Shown here: positions 33,980-38,337 of the stretch, piece after piece
Layout of the letters: each line of letters begins with the position of its first letter
How positions within the stretch are numbered: position 1 is the stretch's first letter
NCBI GenBank assembly: GCA_041691135.1
Contig: JBEPVF010000014.1
Coordinates: 1-38,337 of the forward strand
Direction of reading: 5' to 3'
DNA: 38,337 nt
DNA from: Candidatus Peribacteria bacterium
GTDB taxonomy: Bacteria > Patescibacteriota > Gracilibacteria > Peribacterales > Peribacteraceae
The notes under the pieces: generated by a model
The model's database searches: none
The model's input: only the letters and a program-made list of their open reading frames with translations
Told to the model about the DNA's origin: nothing
Position numbers and translations under genes: made by a program

Positions 33980-35887
33980 ATGTCTCAGTCAGAGTTGCCA
34001 TCATTGCCTCAGCGATCCGTTCTGTTGTGGATTGTTGCCGGATTCGTCCTCTTGCTGTTTGGTATCTACGGGGCCTCGCTCCGGAACGATTTTGTCCGCT
34101 GGGATGACGGTCTGCTGATCTACGAGAATCCTGCCATGCGGCAGATCTCACCCACCACGCTCAAGACAATCTTCACCACGTACGACCCGGAGCTCTACAT
34201 CCCGCTCACTTTCCTGAGCTACCAAATCGATTATCAGTTGGGTGGCGTCCATGCCTTTGTGTATCACCTGCAGAACTTGCTGTGGCATACACTCAATGCG
34301 TTGCTCGTCGTGTGGTTGCTGTTTCTTCTGTCGCGGCGCGGATGGATCGCGATCATTGCCGGTCTCTTGTTTGCCGTTCATCCGTTGAATGTGGAGGCGG
34401 TGGTGTGGGCATCGGCGCGCAAGGACCTCCTTGCGACGTTTTTCTTTCTCGGATCCACCATCGCCTATCTATGTGGGCGCGACCGGCGCAGTGGCCGGTT
34501 ATATTGGCTCAGTTTGGGTCTCTTTCTGCTCGGTCTTCTTTCCAAGGTCGTCATAGTCACACTGCCTTTGGCGCTCCTGCTGATCGATGACCTGCAGGGA
34601 CGAAAATGGAATCGATGGATTCTCCTGGAGAAACTTCCCTATTTTGTTCTCGCTTTGATCTTCGGGCTCATTGCACTGGGCGGAAAACATGATCAGCTGA
34701 CAGCCACGCCGCTTCTCACGATGCTGTTGCTCGGCATCAAGAGCAGCGTGCTCTACTTGCAGCTCCTCTTGTGGCCGACACATTTTTCAGTCCTGTATCC
34801 CTACACGGGTGTTGTGTCTTTGTTGTCGGCTGATTTCTTCGTGCCACTGATCATCCTGTTCGTGCTTATCGCCACGGCGTTCGTTCTGCGCCGCCGGGCG
34901 CGCGTCCTCTCGTTCGCGATCATGTTTTACCTGCTGACGCTGATACCGACGTTCACCAATCTCGCCAAAGGCGAAGATACATACTTGGGTTCCGACCGAT
35001 ACGCCTATATCCCATCGATTGTCATCTATTTGCTGGTTGCGACTGGCCTGTTCGTCCTTGTCCAACGTGTACATCAAAAAAGGATGGAGCAGGGAGTGAA
35101 CGGTGTCGTGGCAGTACTGATCGTTCTTCTGGGGGCCAAGAGCATGCAGCAGGCAACCGTGTGGGCCGATACGACAGCTCTTTTTCAGAACGTGATTGCG
35201 CAATATCCCGATTCCGAGATCGCGCACAACAACTTGGGCAATGCGTACCGGCGGCGCGGGCAACTGGATGATGCAGTGAAGGAGTTTCAGATTGCCTTGA
35301 AGTCTGCATCCACTGCACGTCGGCATTCTTCGGCCAAGATCCACAGTAACTTGGGGGCGGTGTACCGCAAGCAGGGTCAGATGGATGCAGCATTGGAACA
35401 GTACCGCCTCGCACTGGCTGCGGATCCCAAGAGTGATGAAGCCTATTTCGGCCAGGGCATCGTCTATGCAGCGATGGATGAAGATGATCAGGCATTTGCG
35501 TCCTATGCCAAGGCCCTTGCCATCCAGCCCGATTATCCGGATGTCTACATCAATCGCGGTGCATTGCATGTGCAGCGTGACGAGCTGGATGACGCACAGA
35601 AAGATTTTCAGCAGGCCATTGCACTGGAACCGCTCTATATGCAGGCACACTATAATCTGGCCGTGTTGTACGAGAAGCTAAAGAAGCCCGCCGAAGCGCA
35701 GAAAGAATACGAGACAACCGTCAGTTTGCAGACCGACTACACGCCGGCGCGCATCAACTTGGGACTTCTGTATTATTCTGAGCACGATATCCCGCGCGCA
35801 CGGGCGCAATTCGAATCGATTCTACGCTACGACCCTGCCAATGCCGCTGCGCGGTCTGCTCTCGCTCAGCTTCAAGGAACAGAGTAG
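33980..35887 (+). CDS. TMTC-like membrane protein (GT-C fold, probable protein O-mannosyltransferase) with C-terminal TPR repeats
   Basis: N-terminal F..WDD acidic motif, Y.PLT..SY, LFAVHPLNVEAV.W.S.R.D.L and DRY.Y, then about 6-7 TPRs (AHNNLG, IHSNLG, AHYNLA, ARINLG). Confidence 0.85.
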   Translation: MSQSELPSLPQRSVLLWIVAGFVLLLFGIYGASLRNDFVRWDDGLLIYENPAMRQISPTTLKTIFTTYDPELYIPLTFLSYQIDYQLGGVHAFVYHLQNLLWHTLNALLVVWLLFLLSRRGWIAIIAGLLFAVHPLNVEAVVWASARKDLLATFFFLGSTIAYLCGRDRRSGRLYWLSLGLFLLGLLSKVVIVTLPLALLLIDDLQGRKWNRWILLEKLPYFVLALIFGLIALGGKHDQLTATPLLTMLLLGIKSSVLYLQLLLWPTHFSVLYPYTGVVSLLSADFFVPLIILFVLIATAFVLRRRARVLSFAIMFYLLTLIPTFTNLAKGEDTYLGSDRYAYIPSIVIYLLVATGLFVLVQRVHQKRMEQGVNGVVAVLIVLLGAKSMQQATVWADTTALFQNVIAQYPDSEIAHNNLGNAYRRRGQLDDAVKEFQIALKSASTARRHSSAKIHSNLGAVYRKQGQMDAALEQYRLALAADPKSDEAYFGQGIVYAAMDEDDQAFASYAKALAIQPDYPDVYINRGALHVQRDELDDAQKDFQQAIALEPLYMQAHYNLAVLYEKLKKPAEAQKEYETTVSLQTDYTPARINLGLLYYSEHDIPRARAQFESILRYDPANAAARSALAQLQGTE

Positions 35888-35899
35888 GATCAGTCATAC

Positions 35900-36439
35900 A
35901 TGAAGCGTCGGTTATTCTTTGGCGTTGTTGTTCTCACCGCATTTCTCTTTGGATGCGACGCGCGTTCTTTGCCAGTGCAAACCGATCAGGCATCGAGCAG
36001 CAGTGATATGCCCATGCATTCATATGCCGGGCCGGAAGGGATCTTCCTGATTTCGCTGCCTGCCAACTGGACCGCCTTCACCCCGCAGACACACGAAGCG
36101 GTTCCTATTTCTCTGGTCGGCGATACGCTGGAGTATGGAACGAACAATCACACGCTCATGACCGTCGAAGTGGCCCGGGCGCAAAATGCGACTCTGCAAC
36201 CGGATGAAACGTGGTTGCAGTTCTACATCCGTACTGCCGTGTCGCCGCGAAACTTTAAGTGGGAGAAAGTAACTGAAGGTGACAATTCCTACGATCAGAT
36301 CGCTTTCACCGAGCCGGCAGACGGCTTGATGCAGTATCACTATCTATTGGCTACCCACGACGGAATCCTCTCGTTCGGCTTCCCGCAAAAATCGGGGCTG
36401 GCCGAGGAGATATTGGGGTCAGTACAAGTACTGCGATAG
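35900..36439 (+). CDS. putative lipoprotein
   Basis: Basic N-terminus MKRR, hydrophobic core, lipobox LFGC, then a Ser-rich linker. Confidence 0.75.
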   Translation: MKRRLFFGVVVLTAFLFGCDARSLPVQTDQASSSSDMPMHSYAGPEGIFLISLPANWTAFTPQTHEAVPISLVGDTLEYGTNNHTLMTVEVARAQNATLQPDETWLQFYIRTAVSPRNFKWEKVTEGDNSYDQIAFTEPADGLMQYHYLLATHDGILSFGFPQKSGLAEEILGSVQVLR

Positions 36440-36523
36440 GATTCAAGTGATTCAAGGGATTTCGCATCTTTCTTTGAATCTTTTCACTTGAATCTCTTGA
36501 TTCCCCTGAATCTTTTGAATCCA
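36439..36523. repeat. degenerate 9-bp tandem repeat (TTGAATCYY), present in both orientations
   Basis: GGATTCAAG TGATTCAAG followed by TTGAATCTC TTGATTCCC CTGAATCTT TTGAATCCA; similar units at 5031 and 27260. Confidence 0.7.
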
Positions 36524-36563
36524 TCAACTGTTCTATTTTGATGAAAAAGGTTACTATTTCTCC

Positions 36564-37103
36564 ATGCAACCCCTTGTCGCCATCATCATGGGCTCGCGGT
36601 CGGATTGGGAAACGCTGCAGCATGCGGCCGATCAGCTGACGCAGCTGGGCATCCCGCACGAGACAAAAGTGGTATCGGCGCACCGCACGCCGGATTTGTT
36701 GTTTGCCTATGCGAAGGCGGCTGAGGAACGCGGCTTGCAGGTGATCATTGCCGGCGCCGGCGGCGCTGCACATTTGCCGGGGATGGTAGCGAGCATGACC
36801 GTCTTACCGGTGCTCGGCGTGCCGGTAGAAACGAAGGCGCTTAAAGGGATTGATTCGTTGCTCTCTATTGCGCAAATGCCGGGCGGCGTGCCGGTTGGGA
36901 CATTGGCAATCGGCAAAGCCGGTGCAATTAATGCAGCCCTACTGGCTGCGGAAATCCTGGGTCTCGCCCATCCTGCTGTCCGCGAAGCAGTGCGCCACTT
37001 TCGCCACGACCAAACCGAGAGCGTACTCGCCCATCCTGATCCGTCGGTACAAAATGCAAAAGAGGTGAAGAAGAAACCGAAGTCTTCCGCCAAACGCCGA
37101 TGA
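36564..37103 (+). CDS. purE: N5-carboxyaminoimidazole ribonucleotide mutase
   Basis: [45 protein letters not shown] and NAALLA. Confidence 0.98.
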   Translation: MQPLVAIIMGSRSDWETLQHAADQLTQLGIPHETKVVSAHRTPDLLFAYAKAAEERGLQVIIAGAGGAAHLPGMVASMTVLPVLGVPVETKALKGIDSLLSIAQMPGGVPVGTLAIGKAGAINAALLAAEILGLAHPAVREAVRHFRHDQTESVLAHPDPSVQNAKEVKKKPKSSAKRR

Positions 37104-38182
37104 CCGTCGGCATCATCGGCGGCGGCCAATTGGCGCAAATGTTGGGGCTCGCCGGTATTCCGTTGGGACTGACATTTCGTGTGCTCGATCCATCCGCTGA
37201 TCCACCGGCACGTTCGATCGGTACATTTATCCATGGTGCGTACGATGATACCGATGCGCTCGTCGAACTGGCTCGTGGATGCGATGTCATCACTTTCGAT
37301 TTTGAAAATGTTCCGTCATCGTCAGTCAAATTCGTGCAGCAGCACTGTCCGGTTTTTCCCGCGGCTGACATCCTGGCTATCGCCCAAGATCGTTTTGACG
37401 AGAAGACAACATTCGAACAACGCGGCATTCCAACTCCCGCCTTCATTCGTGTCGATTCGATCGACGATTTGCAAATCGGCCTGCAGGAACTGCATTTTCC
37501 GGCTGTCCTCAAGACGCGCCGCCAAGGCTACGACGGTAAGGGGCAAGCGGTCATTCGCACGCCTGACGATATCGAGCCGGCCTGGAGGCGACTTGGTGGT
37601 GTACCGCTCCTGCTTGAACAGTTCATTCCCTTCGAACGAGAAGTCTCGATCCTCGCTGTGCGGGGACAGAAAGGAGAGACGCTGTTCTATCCTCTTATCG
37701 AGAACGTTCATCGCGAAGGCATCTTGCGGGTTTCACGCGCACCGGCAAAAAAAATCGATACTCTACAGTCCCTTGCCGAGAAATATGCTCGTTCTATTCT
37801 CGATAAGTTCCAGTATGTAGGGGTGTTGGCTATGGAGTTCTGTCAGTATCAAGATCAACTCCTCGCCATCGAGATGGCACCGCGTGTGCACAACTCGGGA
37901 CACCTGACAATCGAGGCTGCCGTAACCAGTCAATTCGAAAACCATCTACGTGCTGTCTGTGGCTTACCGCTGGGCTCAACAGAAATTCAAGAACCGTCTG
38001 CCATGATCAATCTGATCGGCTCTCTTCCCGATCTCACAGCCGTACTCTCGATTCCTGGAATCCATGTACACGAATACGGCAAACAACAGCGGCCTGGGCG
38101 CAAGCTTGGCCATGTGACGGTGACCGGTAAGACATGGGATGAGGTGGAAGAGAAAGTTGCCAAAGTTGAGGCTCTTTTGTGA
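37100..38182 (+). CDS. purK: N5-carboxyaminoimidazole ribonucleotide synthase (ATP-grasp)
   Basis: [44 protein letters not shown] and [11 protein letters not shown]; ATGA overlap with purE. Confidence 0.98.
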   Translation: MTVGIIGGGQLAQMLGLAGIPLGLTFRVLDPSADPPARSIGTFIHGAYDDTDALVELARGCDVITFDFENVPSSSVKFVQQHCPVFPAADILAIAQDRFDEKTTFEQRGIPTPAFIRVDSIDDLQIGLQELHFPAVLKTRRQGYDGKGQAVIRTPDDIEPAWRRLGGVPLLLEQFIPFEREVSILAVRGQKGETLFYPLIENVHREGILRVSRAPAKKIDTLQSLAEKYARSILDKFQYVGVLAMEFCQYQDQLLAIEMAPRVHNSGHLTIEAAVTSQFENHLRAVCGLPLGSTEIQEPSAMINLIGSLPDLTAVLSIPGIHVHEYGKQQRPGRKLGHVTVTGKTWDEVEEKVAKVEALL

Positions 38183-38216
38183 AGCTTTAATTCATTGAGT
38201 ATGTGCCGCACCCCGC

Positions 38217-38237
38217 AGAGCGCCATGCTTTGGCGCG
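38217..38237 (+). repeat. dispersed palindromic repeat, copy 2 (AGAGCGCCATGCTTTGGCGCG)
   Basis: 20 of 21 nt identical to 27012-27032; downstream of purK. Confidence 0.75.
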
Positions 38238-38337
38238 GTTGTGTTCTATGTCTTCATCATTCCTTGCTTCAATTTTCTCTAGGGGAGCGGGTTTTCTACC
38301 CGCGGATGCTCGGGTGATTCCCCGGCACAAACTTTTC

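Noticed and set aside
36439-36523. Possible CRISPR array
   Set aside because: Units are 9 bp, degenerate and lack unique spacers; no cas genes in the window.
14642-37103. Genetic code 25 (TGA = Gly), as in Gracilibacteria/Absconditabacteria, as a cause of the long protein tails
   Set aside because: TGA ends conserved genes at the expected positions (rplC, rplR, rpmJ) and forms ATGA overlaps; the tails contain no in-frame TGA.

Overview
A 38.3-kb core-genome window from a bacterium using genetic code 11 (TGA is a stop codon). It most likely comes from Patescibacteria/CPR, possibly Peregrinibacteria/Peribacteria; this is inferred from the loss of rpmD, an SLH surface protein and the presence of purE/purK. 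In order it holds: the 3' end of 23S rRNA, 5S rRNA, small hypothetical genes, a 705-aa repeat-rich secreted protein, a class IV aminotransferase, MgtC/SapB, an rRNA pseudouridine synthase, a beta-CASP MBL nuclease, an unusually long lysyl-tRNA synthetase fused through a ~200-aa Pro/Ala/Lys linker to a complete HD-domain protein, a GT-C-type membrane protein and an SLH protein. Then comes a near-complete S10-spc-alpha ribosomal supercluster (rplC to rpsI) with no rpsJ, no rpmD and several inserted genes, followed by a TMTC-like TPR membrane protein, a lipoprotein and purE-purK. The most notable signals are: (1) the LysRS-HD fusion; (2) translation initiation apparently without Shine-Dalgarno sites, with G-poor pyrimidine leaders inside operons, Ser/Pro-rich protein C-termini that seem to encode those leaders, and -10 boxes 6-8 nt before many start codons (leaderless mRNAs); (3) long Lys-rich tails on many ribosomal proteins; (4) a structured leader before rplC; (5) natural 23S variants at E. 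coli positions 2609 and 2611; (6) dispersed REP-like and 7/9-bp repeats. All calls come from reading the sequence by eye; no database searches were run.
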